A program made the translations under genes and the position numbers. From Trichosphaerium sp. ATCC 40318 (taxonomy: Eukaryota; Protista; Tubulinea): DNA of 64,000 bases. This document shows, piece after piece, positions 50,698 through 64,000 of this stretch. The DNA lies in contig JALMLS010000391.1 of NCBI GenBank assembly GCA_038496445.1, positions 2,066 through 66,065 on the forward strand, read 5' to 3'. The notes below the pieces were generated by a model that was not told the origin of the DNA, did no database searches, and was given only the letters and a program-made list of their open reading frames with translations. Numbering within the stretch: position 1 is the stretch's first letter; every line of letters begins with the position of its first letter.

Positions 50698-53490
50698 TCA
50701 TTTTGACGCCATTTTCTTTCGTATCCACTCTGGCCACAGCCTAATGGTTTCTGTAACATTACCCTAAAGAAGTTACAACCCGTTAATAATCAACAATAAA
50801 TGGATTTTTCAAAAAAAACACGTGATAGAACCGTAGGTGGAGGCGAGATACGCGAAAAATTGGTTTTCATTCAAAAACAGAGTAGGGTGGTAATCGCATA
50901 AAATAAAATGTTTTTCTCAAACACAGAGTACAAACACTTGTTTTTCCACGTGAGTTTTGTGTTCTTAACAAAAATATATCACGTACTTTTGGTTTAGGTG
51001 CTTGATCATATAATTCATGAAGGTTGATATTAGAGAATTTGCCGGCTTCTGCTTCGCTCATTTTAATGTTTAGAGCGACACTGAAGAAGTACCTAAAACA
51101 ACATGAGAATATATAACTTTATCAAAAATAAAGTGAGAGCATACTCTTTAAGTAAAAACTCGAGTTGACTTTGAATATCTTCATTGCCTAGATTATAGTT
51201 TCTACCACTTCCTTCAAGCTCAGATTGTAGACGCTTTATAGTGTTTTCCTTTATCTCAAGCTCCATGCGTTTCTCATCTTCAACACGTCCAAGCTAATCA
51301 AGATTAAAAAGTCGAAGAAACAATAAGACAAGGCAAACCAAGAAAAAAAAACCAAAAAAAAATCACTTACTTCAGTTGTCAAAAAGACGTTATGAGATTG
51401 ATGAGCATTACTCGCTTCCTTATACATTTCAACATTCCTCTCAAGATCCTGAATCCTTTCTAGTGTAGCCACATTATCTTCACCATCATTAAGTTTCTTA
51501 GAAGAAGACTTCTTCGTTTTCTTTCCTTTTGGTTTTTTCTCGCTATCCAATCTCTTAATATGCTCCTCAAGCTTCTTTGCTATTCCCTCATGCCTTTCAC
51601 GTGCTTGACGAAGCTTCATATTAAGATCTTGTAATTGCTGTGTCTTATTCTCAGACTCCTTACGTAGTCTTGCAAAGTCTCTACTAACAATCTTATTATG
51701 ACCTTCAAGAATCTCATTATTTGAAATAAGTTCTTTCATCTTCTTATCAAAAGCTTGTTGTGTTGTATTTATATGTTCTTGCTTTATACGAAGCTCACCA
51801 GTAAGATTTTTAACACGCTCAATAAGTATTTTCCTCTCAGAGTCATTGTTTGCGTTCGTTTTTAATAAAGCAGTACGCTCTCCAATTGCTGCATCAGCTT
51901 CACATCTTACGTTTTCGTATGCTGTTTTAAGAGACTTTACAGCTTGTATTAACTGCTCGTTCTTTCCTTCCTACAGCAAAGAATAAGTTACATCATATTC
52001 GCACTTATAAATACTAGTAGAAAAGTGAAGCACAACGTACTTTGATAGTTATAACTGTATCAACTTGTTTCACTTTTTCAGTCATTTCTTTGATTTGCTC
52101 AACTAAGTTCTATATAATTTTCAGCTTATAAGCACAACGAGAGGTATATAGATAGTCTCTTCAAGGTTTTGGCAACAGAAGAGGTTCAACTACAAAAAAG
52201 AAAAAAACAAAATTTCGAAGGAAATAAGCCTTGGTGCTTGAAGAACTTACTGCTCTTGTCATTTCATGTCCTTCAATGACTTCCTTAAGTGTCCCAAGCT
52301 CTAAATCTTTCGCTATAAGTTCCATAGCTAGCGCTTCTAACTTTTCACGATGCTCTCGCTCACGCTCACTGCTACGACTGGACCTTGTCTTTTTTCCAGC
52401 TAACAACCTTTGAAGTCGAAGAAGTTCCTGCTGTTGGTTCTCAACTTGTCCTTCGAACATATCACTCTTTGTAGTAGCAGTACGTAATAGCTCTCTGTTC
52501 TTTTGAACGAATTAAACCAAAAAACTTAAAAGTGTCGTAGACGGAAAAAAGGAAATGACTTTTTTGACAACCTTCAAATATTACAATCTTGGACGTACTC
52601 TTTTTAATTCAGCATTATTTGCTTTGGCCTGAGATGATACCTTATCAGCAATAGCTTGCGCTGTTCTATATTTTTCCATCGTCTCGTGTAGTCGTCTAAG
52701 TCATAGGAACTGAGAAACAAGCCATGACTTTTGTTGTACAAAAAAAAAAAGAAACATACTCTTTACTCAGTTGAAGCTCCTCTTGTTGAGTTTCAATCTG
52801 ACGTTTCAGATTCTTTATTTCCTCCTAAAAACCCATATAAATGAATAAACAAAAAAAACACGTGATAAAACCGAGAAAAATGGAAAAAAAAAGATACCTT
52901 CTTCTCATTGCTATTTTTCATCATTTGAAACATTTCATCATTTCTTTTAGCTACTTCACCATTGGCAAGCTCAAGATTCTTGTTCAATAATACAATGCGT
53001 GTTGATTTAGTATCTAATAGATTTGATGCATATTTAAGCTTCTCCATAGCTCTGTAGGGTTAAATTAGAGCCAACTTGTGCTAGTTTTTCCAAAAAGATG
53101 AAGTGTCAACGGCAAAAGTTATAGTGTCGCACGTTAAATACTTCTCACGTAGTTCTGCTTGTTCTGTAGGTTGTAATTCTGCCTTTTCAGTCAGAACCTA
53201 TGAATTCTGAGCGAAATAAAAACAGAAGTAGAATTTATGGCGCACGCGTTCGAATTGAAGTAGCTCTTTAATACTCCCTTGAAGTTCTGACACTTCTGGG
53301 TCCTTTTTAGCTTGTGGTGCAGTCTCGTCGCTACAAAAGGTTAAATTACCAACCCTTGATACGTGTCAGCGTACCCGCTTTCCGCTGTAGACAATTTAGC
53401 CTCCAAAGCCGCCAACTCTTGTTGTTTTAACAGCAGGCGATTTTGTAGGCGCTCTTGCTCCATTAGAGCTACGTTTACGGTGTATGCCAT
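50698..53490 (-). CDS. long coiled-coil protein, function unknown
   Basis: Multi-exon E/K/L/Q-rich heptad ORFs; compact C-terminal segment YFFSVALNIKM...LHELYDQA...LWPEWI. Confidence 0.75.
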
Positions 53491-53632
53491 CGCAACAACC
53501 ACTCAAATTTACAGGCAAGCGTTCAGTACAAATACGTTTACAAAAAGCACAAAAGTTTTTTTTTACACAAAGTCAAAACGCTAGTCAATTAACAGTACGT
53601 AAAAAACAAACATCGCCCCACTAGTGCAAAAA

Positions 53633-53706
53633 AGGCTCAACTGGGAGTCGAACCCAGGACCTCCCGCTTACTAGGCGGGCGCAATAACCAACTATGCTAT
53701 TGAGCC
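53633..53706 (-). tRNA. tRNA-Thr (anticodon AGT)
   Basis: GGCTCAA/TTGAGCC acceptor stem, CCCGC-CTAGTAA-GCGGG anticodon arm, CTGGG-TTCGACT-CCCAG T arm, followed by an oligo-T Pol III terminator. Confidence 0.97.
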
Positions 53707-53928
53707 GTGACTTGTTTGCTTCAAATAGTGCAAGCCGCGGCCCTAATCGACTCAGTCTGTCTTGCATACAAGCCATTTTTAGTTTTTTCAATAATGCACG
53801 CTTTAAACAACACGTGTAGTTCGTTTTCTCACCAGTGTTTGCAAACAAAGCAAAACAATTGACAAATTAAATTAAAAATTTATTTTTGAGTTGCTAGGGC
53901 AACTTTGCATTTATGCGTTTAGTCCAAT

Positions 53929-55117
53929 TTAAAAGTTAATTGGAACACCGAAACCACATTCAGTCTCAATGGCAAGGTTGTTAGCATTAGGTCCACGGAC
54001 AATTCTGAAGAAACCATCTTCACCCCAAGGAGATCCCCAGCTGTTACGAACTAAATAAAACCGTCAGTACAATTCCTCTCAAAACATTGCAAAAAAACAA
54101 GCCCAAAAAAAGCAAGCAGTGGCTGTCATCAAAGCCCATGAGTTGCACTTGGCTACTGCCACTTGTTTGAGGGTTTTTTGGTTCAAAATAAAAACGTACC
54201 AATCCAGAAGTTGGTTCCCTTTTCTACACCCCATCCAATAACACTTACGATATGGTTTATTTGTGGGAACAATTCGTATTCCTCAAAGATACCACCTGTG
54301 TATTTCTCTAGTTCGTCAGTGGCCATAATACCGCATGAGATTGGTCCACGAGCAGCAATTTCTGCCATCATGTTGTGTTCACCAACAACCCTTCCGTAAT
54401 CGCCGACTTTGTAAAGAGTGTAGTTTCTGAGTTGATAACATGTACCGTCGTGGCCGCAAGTACCGCATTGGTTGAATTTATCGCATTGTTGATTTTTGGC
54501 TTGGTAGTTGTTACAAGTCTCATCTGGGATACCGTGCTCGTGGGCGTAGTGGTATCTACAACGTTTATAAGCGATTTTGAGCATAGTAAAGATAGAAAAG
54601 CGTAATTTCTGTTTAAAACGCGTACACAGGGATGTCGTCACCTCCTTGGCAACTTCCAGCATCAGCACAGTCAAGAACGTGTTGTACGCTCAAGTAAGCG
54701 CTTGGCCAAGCACCACCACGTTTGATATTGATTCTGTCAGCTAGAGCAGATGTGGAGCCCATAGCCCAGCATGAACCGCAGTATTGTGGGATGTGTTGAT
54801 TACGTGTGGTTGATAAAAAGTTCTTTCCTTTGACGTTTCTCCAGTCCAACTCTGTTGGCAAATCCTCAGGCTAAATTACGCGTAAGTTGTATTTCCGAAA
54901 ACGAGTAAAATCGTTATCGTGTACCTTGAGGTATGTATGAGGAAGAGGCTCAGTGATGTGTTCAACTAATACAAAAGTAGGTAAGAAAAGTGCACATAGT
55001 TTTCAAGTTTGTCGTACATTTAGTGCTAGCTCTGAAAGCAGTGTCACGAATGACCTCGTTTTTGCGTGCAGCAGCAGTAATAGCTACGAGAGCAATAAAA
55101 AGAAGGATGAGCTTCAT
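53929..55117 (-). CDS. CTSZ: cathepsin Z/X (papain family C1A)
   Basis: Signal peptide; [14 protein letters not shown] (HIP mini-loop diagnostic of cathepsin X), [27 protein letters not shown]. Confidence 0.95.
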
Positions 55118-55407
55118 TGTTGTTTATGTTTTGAAAATATGACTGATAAATCTCCGGGAAAGTCCTTGTTAGTCAAGAATTCTTGTAGTTGAAGCGTAAC
55201 TCCTATTCTGTGTAAGACAGTTCTACGGACTTATGTGCAATGAACAAACCTTAAAATTGATAGTATTTATGTACAATTATTGATTTTACAACCAAATAAG
55301 TTTCCCACCAAAAAAGTGCTTGCTAATAACGTCTACGCGATAAAAAGGGGTACGAGTGTTTTTTTCTCAGTTCTTCTGTCACAAAAACATACAAACCGAA
55401 ATGTTGG

Positions 55408-56175
55408 TTACATGTGTTTAACAACGCCTAAATTAGCGTGGCAGTTTGGACAGGTATGTATAGTATCTTTGCAACCATCTACACAGAAAGGAATCAAGCA
55501 GCAAGGCCATAAACCAACCTACAAACATAAGCAAAAAAAAAACAATAAAAGGCAATTAATTCAAACGCGTACAAAGAACATAACGGCAACAAGTATCCAC
55601 ATGAAAATACCTCCTTCTTTTCGTGTGGATGTAATGATAGAAGCTTGACACTTTGGACAAGTCATACCACAAGGGCTAAAAAGAGGTTTGTTAATCTTTC
55701 GCAAAAAAGGGTAAAAGGGCAGGCTAAAAACCCTTATTTAGTTCGTTACGTACGAATGTCCCAAGTTTGTGCTCATTACGACAGTATGTTGTACTGGTTG
55801 GACAACTGCGGGTTGAACTGGTTGTGCTTGGTACGGTTGCGGTTGGTACGGTTGTGATGAGCCCATACCTGGCTGCGGTTGCGGTGGTGCATACCCATCT
55901 AGGAAAAAAAATTACGCGCTTTCCTCCTTTTTAACTACGCACCTTGTTGATATGGGGTTTGGTACCCTGGCTGTTGTGGATTATAACTTTGTTGATCATA
56001 ACCTGGTTGTGGATTGTAACCTGGTTGAGAGTATGGTTGTGGCTGTTGTTGGTTACTGTACCAACGTTAATAGGGGTTTTGATACGTTTAAACGATGTGG
56101 AAATAAACAACAAACTAGAATCCGTTGTACAACTATCACGTACTTAATAAGTGGTTGTTCTGGGTTTTGATTCAT
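55408..56175 (-). CDS. LITAF-domain protein with P/Q/Y-rich N-terminus
   Basis: MTCPKCQ...hydrophobic stretch...[21 protein letters not shown]. Confidence 0.92.
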
Positions 56176-56577
56176 GGTGGATGTGTTGTAATGTATTAGA
56201 AACAATAAAAAGTGGCACTACATTCTCTTAACACCTAAAAAAGTAGGAAGAACGCATTCTCTCAGAACAGCAACACAAAGAATACAAGACGTTAGCAAAG
56301 GAATGGCGACTGTGTCGCACAATGTTGTGTTCTAGAACGTGACTAATAAATTGCGCTAGTCTTTCGGGTACACTTGTAAACTGCCAACAAAGTGACCGCC
56401 ATATTTTTTTTTTTTTGATTGTTTTATTACTTCGTTATACGATTAATATTCGCAATACAAAGTATGTATGTATACAGAGCACATATCGTAGAAACACCTC
56501 TTTAGGTATTTTCTTTTGTACGTTCAGGTTGTGTTTTGGAATTCTTACAAAGAACAGTTTTGTCGCACTGTTTGTTT

Positions 56578-58618
56578 TTAAACGACTACAGACCAGTCCT
56601 CGTGTTCTTGTTCTCCGTATTGAATATCCATTAGAGTATTCAAGCACCTTGTGGTTAATTCACCAGCACCCTTTTCAGCATTGATAGGGATCTCATAGTC
56701 CTAAGAGAGATTTAATTTAAGAAAACAATCAACTTGAAAGAAAAGACAAGTTTGTGACTTTTGTGGTGTGCTTGTAAAAATGACGTACAGTGCCTTTGTA
56801 GAATATTTTGTTTACAGGAGTTACAATAGCTGCAGTACCAGCTCCAAATATTTCATTGACCTTTTGATAATTGTAAGAGAAAAGTAGGAAAATTCGTTAA
56901 AAAAAAACCAAAGAATAACAACTACATACTCTGTTTTCCTTTAGAGCTTCCACTACTTGGGTCATTGTAAATGTTTTTTCGGATACTTTAAATTCTCCCC
57001 AACTCTTTGCCAACTCAATAATGGATTTTCTGGTAACACCTAGAATCAAATAAGTCAAACAACCAAAATCGTGGAAAAAAAAAGATTGAATCGAATTCCA
57101 TGATTTGAAAACAATGCCCGGTATCCACATACCAGGAAGGATAGTGCCATCCAAAGGTGCTGTGATAAGTTCTTTCTCTCCTGCGGGTATATTAGATTTT
57201 AAACCTTCACTAGTCATTCTACACTCACCTTCTGGGTTTGTCCAAAGCATAAATAAGTTCATTGTACCAACCTCTGTTACTTCATCATTGAGCAACCACA
57301 AGATTTGTCCGTAACCCTTTGCAATTGCATTCTCAGCAGGAAGGATTCCAGGGCCGTAGTTACTAAATACAAACATAAACAAGACATTGTATGAAATGTA
57401 AAAAAAAATACAAAAAAGATCAGGACTTGTTTACACTCACCCGCCGATTTTGTAGTTTCCAGTACCACCTGGGAAAGCTCTGACATTGACCTAAAGTATC
57501 ACATAAGCTAACGGCCTGTTAAAGTATTGACTTACTGGATCAGCATATAAAGCGACTGGCTTGAAGCCTGTGGCGTAGTATGGTCCTTATCAACAATGAA
57601 TACTAGCGTAAATGAATAATAGAACGTACCAACAGGGGATAGAAGACACATAAGACGTGTATCATCAGCACGCTTAACCATAACACTAGGCTAAGGAAAC
57701 AGTCAAAAAAAGCGTTGTACAGTGAAATATGAGTTTCACAAATGCGTACTGTTGTTGCCAAGGCCATAGGTCTTATGTAGAGGGAGTAACCACGCTCTGT
57801 AGGAATGAATGACTCATCCAAACGAATCAAAGTTTTGATACACTCCAAAAACTCTGTAGGTGGGAGTGCCTAAGGAGTGGATGCGTCAGAATATCAAAGA
57901 AATTGCGTGAGTCCAAAAAACAGAGAAAAACAAAAGCGAAAAGTTTTTGGAGTAATTTCTTGGCCTTTTTAACGTACAGGCATAGCTAGTCTCTCCATGG
58001 AAGTAGACATACGAATCATGTTTTCTAGAGGGCTGTAGAGGTTTATTAGACGTTATTTTGTCGTTTTTTGTAGTTTATCGTACCGAAACATTCTAACGTT
58101 TCCTTTTGAGTCCTTGTATGCTTTCATTCCTTCGAAACACTGCGAATTCGTCAGTACAAAATCGATTAAAGAGTAAAACGCACTTGGAGGGCGTAGTGAA
58201 GTCCAACAGCTGCTGGGGAGATTGAAATATTGCCATAAGGTTCTATAGCGCGTTAAAACGTTAAATGCTTGTTCCCTCCGTACCAATTACAGGCTTCGCC
58301 CAACCTGAGTTAGTGTTCCAATCAACCTGAGGGGAGCATAATTAGTTGGATTGTTGGGTTGTTTCAGACAATGTTTGCCGTACGGAGAGCATATGGTCAG
58401 TAAAGGTTTTACCGAACACTAGGTCTTTGTTTGCTAGCTTTGGTTTTGGAGTTTGCGTTTTGTTGATAATAATATCTGATGCCTAGCGGTACGTGTAAGC
58501 GGGCGTATTTTTCGCGTATACGCGCCTTGAAACCCTCAGTAGCGACTGAACGTTTTTGAGTCGTAGCAGTTGATCTGTAAGTAAGGCGAGTACCTTGCCG
58601 TGTAATTGTGCGGAGCAT
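56578..58618 (-). CDS. branched-chain amino acid aminotransferase, likely mitochondrial
   Basis: FGKTFTDHML, CFEGMKAY, SLYIRP, EVGTMN, ILPG|VTRKS, FGAGTAA, DIQYG; Arg/Thr-rich presequence MLRTITRQGTRL. Confidence 0.95.
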
Positions 58619-58820
58619 GTTTGTCACTTGAACTCTGAATGTTTTCGTTTAACGCAAAAAACAGCAAAAACGAAACTTCGCGACTTTGTGTCAAACAACA
58701 CGCGAGAATTCTCCTCAAAATAATCAAATTGCGATAATAACAACGGTAAACGCTTATGGAGATCACTGTTTATTCATATGCTAGTCGATTCATTGCCAAC
58801 AAAAAAATAAGTCATTGAAA

Positions 58821-61773
58821 TTACTCACGTGCATTCTTATTGACTTTGGTATACACGTCAGGGAATGCTCTTTCGTTGTTATTTTGCTTACGCAACTTTT
58901 TGTAAAGAGTATGGTCGAACATTTCTTGAAATTCTTCCAAACTCATGTATGTATCTGCATACAATGCCTGGAAACCTTCTTTATCGCGTACGAACTTTTC
59001 AACAATTTTATGAGTGTTCATGGCGTGAAAATTCTATTTTTCAGTTAGCTAGCTAGTGAAATAAAATCACTCGAAAGCGTACAGGTGCACTTGGAACACC
59101 ATAGACACCAACGTCTACAAACATTTCTTCACCACTAGAAGCGGGATTTACCTAATTTTATGTTAATGGTGCTTGGTTTAAGTATTGTCAAGCAATCAAA
59201 GAAATTGACTAGTTCTTTACTCATACGAAAAAAAAGAATGTGTTGCGTACAAAACCGCGAAGTTCTGATTTAAAAACTCTACATGGGCAAAGCCATAAAG
59301 GATAAACACGCCAAACATCATCCATGAGTTCGAGTCCTTGATCAAGTGTCGAGATCGGAATGATCATATCCTTTTTTATCATCAACAACTCACTTTTCAA
59401 ACTGCAATTTGTTTTTTCTTAATTTCTTACCTGTATCACGTGGTTATCTTCATAAAGTTTTGTAAGGGCCTTAGTTCTTGTCATCTTGAGCAAGTTGATT
59501 TTTGGAGGGACCATCCAACCAAAGAATAAACGGAATAAAATATGATTACCAAATGGAATAATATCCTAGTTTTTTCTCATTGTCAGATTTTTAACAAAGT
59601 GTCAAAAAAACCTTCGAACCTCTAATTCCCAAAATAGACTTCTGGTATGTCGGTGGTAATAATCACGAAGTGGTAGGTATTCTTCGTATTGTCCTGTTTT
59701 CAAAAACTCTAAAAAATCAAATGAGATTACCGCTACTCTAATGCGTTTCAATTTGAGCGTACCTGCTACGTGAGTGTAAAACCATGGCTTGTACCATAAT
59801 CCAATACTATTAACGGGACCATTTGGTTCGTCAACATAGTTTGAAATCATCAATACAGCTTCATTTGGTGAGTACGCGAGCATTTCAACAAAGTCATTGT
59901 CAGTGTTATTGCTAGCCTGGGAAAATTGTTGTAAGTTCATTTGGTGACAATGTTAGGGTAAAACGTGATTGTCAATACAAAAATCACGTGCGAAACCCAG
60001 AAATACGCGAGTTATTCCGGAATAAATGTCTTTTTATTATTTTTATGTTGTACCTTTGCGAATGCGTCAATGTAGGCTTTTTTGTCGTGGAATGGGGTGT
60101 ATTTAATGTGGACGTATTTTTTACACGGTACAATCATAAGCTCTACGCTTGCAATAAAGCCTAGGGCGCATGTAAGATTAAATCGTCTCGTTTTTGATAA
60201 AAAAACAGTTTCCAAAAGTTTGAGAAATTTTTTAGCTGATGTTCATTTTAAAGTGTACCTAAAGTTCCGTGGGACCACGGCAATGCGTAGAATAGCTCAG
60301 GGTTCTCTTTTTTGGATGCAAAAACTAAAATCCCGGATTATAAAGCAAGCCTTCTTTTGTCACATGTTTTTTTTTAAAAGTACCAGTAGAGCCATCTGCT
60401 AGGATAACTTCGTATCTGTGGCATATGTGTTGAAACAAACCGTATTTATGAGAAGATGTTTCTATACCAAACCCCATCAATAACCCACCAACAGTCAAGT
60501 CATCAAGTTCAGGTGTTACAGGAAGCGTCCAACTAAAGTTAAAGCGGAAAATTAGTTTGGGTTTTTGGGCACGTTAAAAAATCTTGAATGTGATAGTGCA
60601 CATGTTCCATCGGGAATAAAAATCCCGAGGAAGCTCAACGTGAGTTTAAAGGTATTGAATTAGCTTCGTCTTTTAAAATTTGTTGTAATAGCATAACGGG
60701 ATTATAACTCTCCCGAACGACAGCTTGCTTTTCATTTTTTTTAAATATCAGTTCAAAATACTTTTTCTAAAACGTACCCACGCGGGATTAGATAAGCGGA
60801 TATTTGGCCCATGTTAACTAGGATAAATAATCAATATAAAGTAGATGATAATAAGCACTTAGTGTAGTGCACAGCGCCATTGCTTTTGTGAAAAAAACGC
60901 TTCAATGACAAACGCACAAAAGGAACCAAAAATGAAAAAAGACTAAAATGGGTACCTTGTGGCTCAACGCGTACGCGTTGATTTGTCTCATCGAGGTGTA
61001 CAATTGAATTCAGTGGGATATTAATCTTGTTGAGCTTCTTTTTATAAACAGCAAACCGTGGGCTCTATAGTTTATTAAAACGTAAAAAGTTAAGATGTTT
61101 TTTTGACGTTTTATTTCGAAATGAGGAAGTGCGAAAAGTTTGTTGAAATGGGATGCTCTAAAACGTACCATTGACTCCCAACCACGGTTGGTACACATCT
61201 TCTTGTCTTGTTTTGATTTATTCCATTGCTTCACTTGATCGCAAACGCCTTGAACTCGCTTACTAAGTACTCTTTTAGTACCAAACATGCTAGAGGTTAT
61301 TCGTACTAGTGTTCTGCTTCATTACTGATAGCGTAGCGTCGAAAAGAGTGAGTTAAAAACCACAAACAGTCGAAAAAAGACGATAACGGCAATAGAATAA
61401 AACACGTTATTATCCATCTAAAGAGCAATAAGGTGGTGTAAGTTGCGAGTTGGAAAAGACTTTTCAACAAAAAATCAAAAAAAAGAGACTACCGCAGATT
61501 GATGGGCTTTTGAAGGGTCAATCTGAGCAGTTTTAAACGCCTATGACGAAACAAGATGACGTTTGTTGGAGTTAACAGCGGATGAATCAAACCCAACTGT
61601 TTTTTTTTGTACCGAGTTGTTAAACTTCGGTGGTAGGCGTACCTGTACTTGGTGACCATTATATAAACTAGGAGATCCGTTCTAAAGACTAGATAAAGTA
61701 CTAAGCCCAGTGCGAGAGTAATCACCCAGAACGGATGGTATACGGCTGAAAACGCATCAACGAGTTGTTCCAT
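58821..61773 (-). CDS. DHCR24: Delta24-sterol reductase
   Basis: [79 protein letters not shown]. Confidence 0.95.
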
Positions 61774-61891
61774 GTTGTTCGGATCTTGTTTTGTTTCTAG
61801 TACTGCAACGCAAATCCAGAATAAGACTGACTTATGGAGATGTTAAGTTAGCTCGTTTTTGACACCCAAACTAGCGTATTTTCTACGGACA

Positions 61892-64000
61892 ATGGCGCGT
61901 CGGTGCGACATCGAGTGTGATAGCGCCACAAAACTAAAGTTTCGACCAACGCACCCGTATGGAGTGAAGCCGCTTGGAAATGTATTTACAGACCTGTCAA
62001 GCTCGTATAGTGTGCGTAACGCCAGTTTGGGGTTATTTGCTGTTCTAGAAGATGTTAGCATTCTCGCCATTCTCAAGTTCGTACTACAAACTGTTGTTTA
62101 TGCTTAAATCTATCTAGTTACCTCGGCGCGAAGGATTTAGTTGCCGTTAGTACGCTAGAATCCATTCTTCATAACTTGACGTTAAAATTACGCCTAAGGT
62201 AACGTAAGCTCAATGTTTTTCGCATTTGGAAGCACAAACGCGCTCTGGAAGCGTATTTACTACGATATGCCGGGAGAAACCGTCAAAGGAGAAGAAAACA
62301 TATCATGGAAGCTAGTACTACGCAGAGATACCCAAACAAAAACTACCTTGTCAAAAGGTTACATGCTTACCATTCATTCGATTCTTAGTGCAATTAGGTA
62401 TATACTCAGATGTGCTATACAATGAGTGGTTATTTGATTCTGTAGATATGACTCCATGGCTTGGTACGTGTATTTTTTGATAAGAACAAAGACCACAGAA
62501 AAAAACTTCTGCGGAACATTATTTATCCCTATTCCGCTCAAAAAAGTGCAAGTGAATTACTGTTCAACTTACATTTATTTGTATTATAGAACGTGATAAT
62601 GTAGAACGCAGATCAAACCTAAGCCTTAAAGAATTCAGGTACACGAGTAACACATTTTCACTCACAACAATTTTTTTTTATTGATCACGTGATTTTTTTT
62701 TTTCATTATTTTTTTGTTGTTCATAGTGTTCTTTTTAGATCGACTTATGAACGCCCTCTGAAGCCTGTTATTATAACAGATGTTATTAGTGAGTACGTTC
62801 TTTGCGAAAATTTTATATGGTTCGCCCGAACGCTAAAGAAAATAAAAAAGTTGGCCAGCTAATAATGAATGGACTATGGATAAAATTACTATGAAATACA
62901 AAAGGATTATGGCAGGGTTGGTATGTTCTTTTTCTCGCTTTTTTTTTTTCCTCTTCCTGTATTGATTATAACGCAACTAGAAATATGAGGACGGCATCAA
63001 GTATGACCACTTTTACACTCATAGTGGTAAGTTTAAAGGGTTGATAACAATTGATTTTAATTGTTTAAACACTTACCTAAACTTTACTTTAGAGCACTTC
63101 CATGGTCCAGGATGCAAAAAGAAATCGAGCCCAAAAGTGTTCAATTCTACATCAGGTTTGGCTCTTACTTGGTTGGTTAAGGCTAATTATTTCCTTTCAA
63201 GGTTGCCCAGAAGAAACACTACCTTCAAAGTATGAGGTACTAGTTATGACCTCCTGGGAGTATATCTAACGTTTTAGATGCCTAAATATTTCGCTGAAGA
63301 CCTGCTGTCGTATTCAAATGAGAGTAGGCCTGGGTGGCGCTGGCTGCTACTAGGAGCACCACGTTCAGGTATGTTAATAGAACGGAATATGATACTAAAT
63401 TTACAAAGTCCTTACAACTCACTAGGCTCAACTTTTCATCAAGATCCTGATTGTACAGGAGCTTGGAATGCAGTCTTACACGGTAGGAAGAAGTTCGTGT
63501 TATATCCACCAATGAGAACGCCACCAGGTAGTTGGTTTTTTGCACAACGTTCGTTTTTTATATTTTCTTTCTAATTTTTTTAAAGGAGTTGAAAGAGAAG
63601 GAGAATACACATTGAGAGGTTATGCTAGACCAACCTTTAAAATATTTATAGAGTCCTCGTACAGTTATGAAATGGTTTGTAGACCACTATGATGAGGCTA
63701 ACCCTCCTTACGAATGTATTGTTAACCCAGGTATACATCCTACTTTTTTCTTACGAAATTTTATTTTTTTATTTGGGTCCAACAAACTTACTCTTGATGT
63801 TTAGGAGAAGTTATGTTTATACCTTCTGTTTTTGGCATTTGGTATTAAATGTAGATGAAACAATAGCTGTAACGCATAACTATGTGTCCAGTAAACTTTA
63901 AGCTTGTTTTGCATCATATTAAAGATCACAAGCCTAAACTTCTTGAAGCATGTAAAGGTCTTTCAAAAGATAACCCAGATATTCTAGAAATGGTAGAGAA
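61892..64000 (+). CDS. F-box + JmjC protein (JMJD6 / plant JMJ22-like), runs off the window end
   Basis: HPYGVKPLGN, F-box-like region, WRWLLLGAPRSG|STFHQDP..T.AWNAV..GRKK, WHLVLN....IAVTHNYV (HxD...H iron ligands). Confidence 0.9.

Noticed and set aside
53621-53848. 75-aa ORF
   Set aside because: Overlaps the tRNA-Thr gene; spurious.

Overview
AT-rich, gene-dense eukaryotic DNA with many short (~40-60 nt) GT-AG introns, so the ORF track shows mostly single exons; gene models below were spliced by eye. An SH2-containing TKL kinase, a Rac and an animal/Physarum-type transglutaminase suggest an amoebozoan-like protist (inference). About 25 genes are recognisable: transglutaminase, GT17 glycosyltransferase, MLH1, an extended SDR, MRI1, SMYD4-like, Cys-GST, NMNAT-like, two vWA paralogs, an Hsp70, a class V PLP lyase, Shk-like kinase, a Cys-rich secreted protein, F-box/LRR, MPPED, Rac, a coiled-coil protein, tRNA-Thr(AGT), cathepsin Z, LITAF, BCAT, DHCR24 and an F-box/JmjC gene. 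The first 19 kb is rearranged: an F-box/Sec7 gene occurs as two inverted copies plus a fragment, MLH1 lacks its 5' exons at a transposon cluster, and a piggyBac pseudogene is split by a TA-flanked 1957-bp element whose removal rejoins the reading frame. The most novel-looking items are a bacterial lamin-tail-type domain fused to the transglutaminase, a lidless Hsp70 with hydrophobic anchors at both ends, the F-box plus degenerate Sec7 gene, the truncated MLH1, and a Rac with G12N/F28M/Y32N substitutions. All family assignments come from motif recall, not from database searches.
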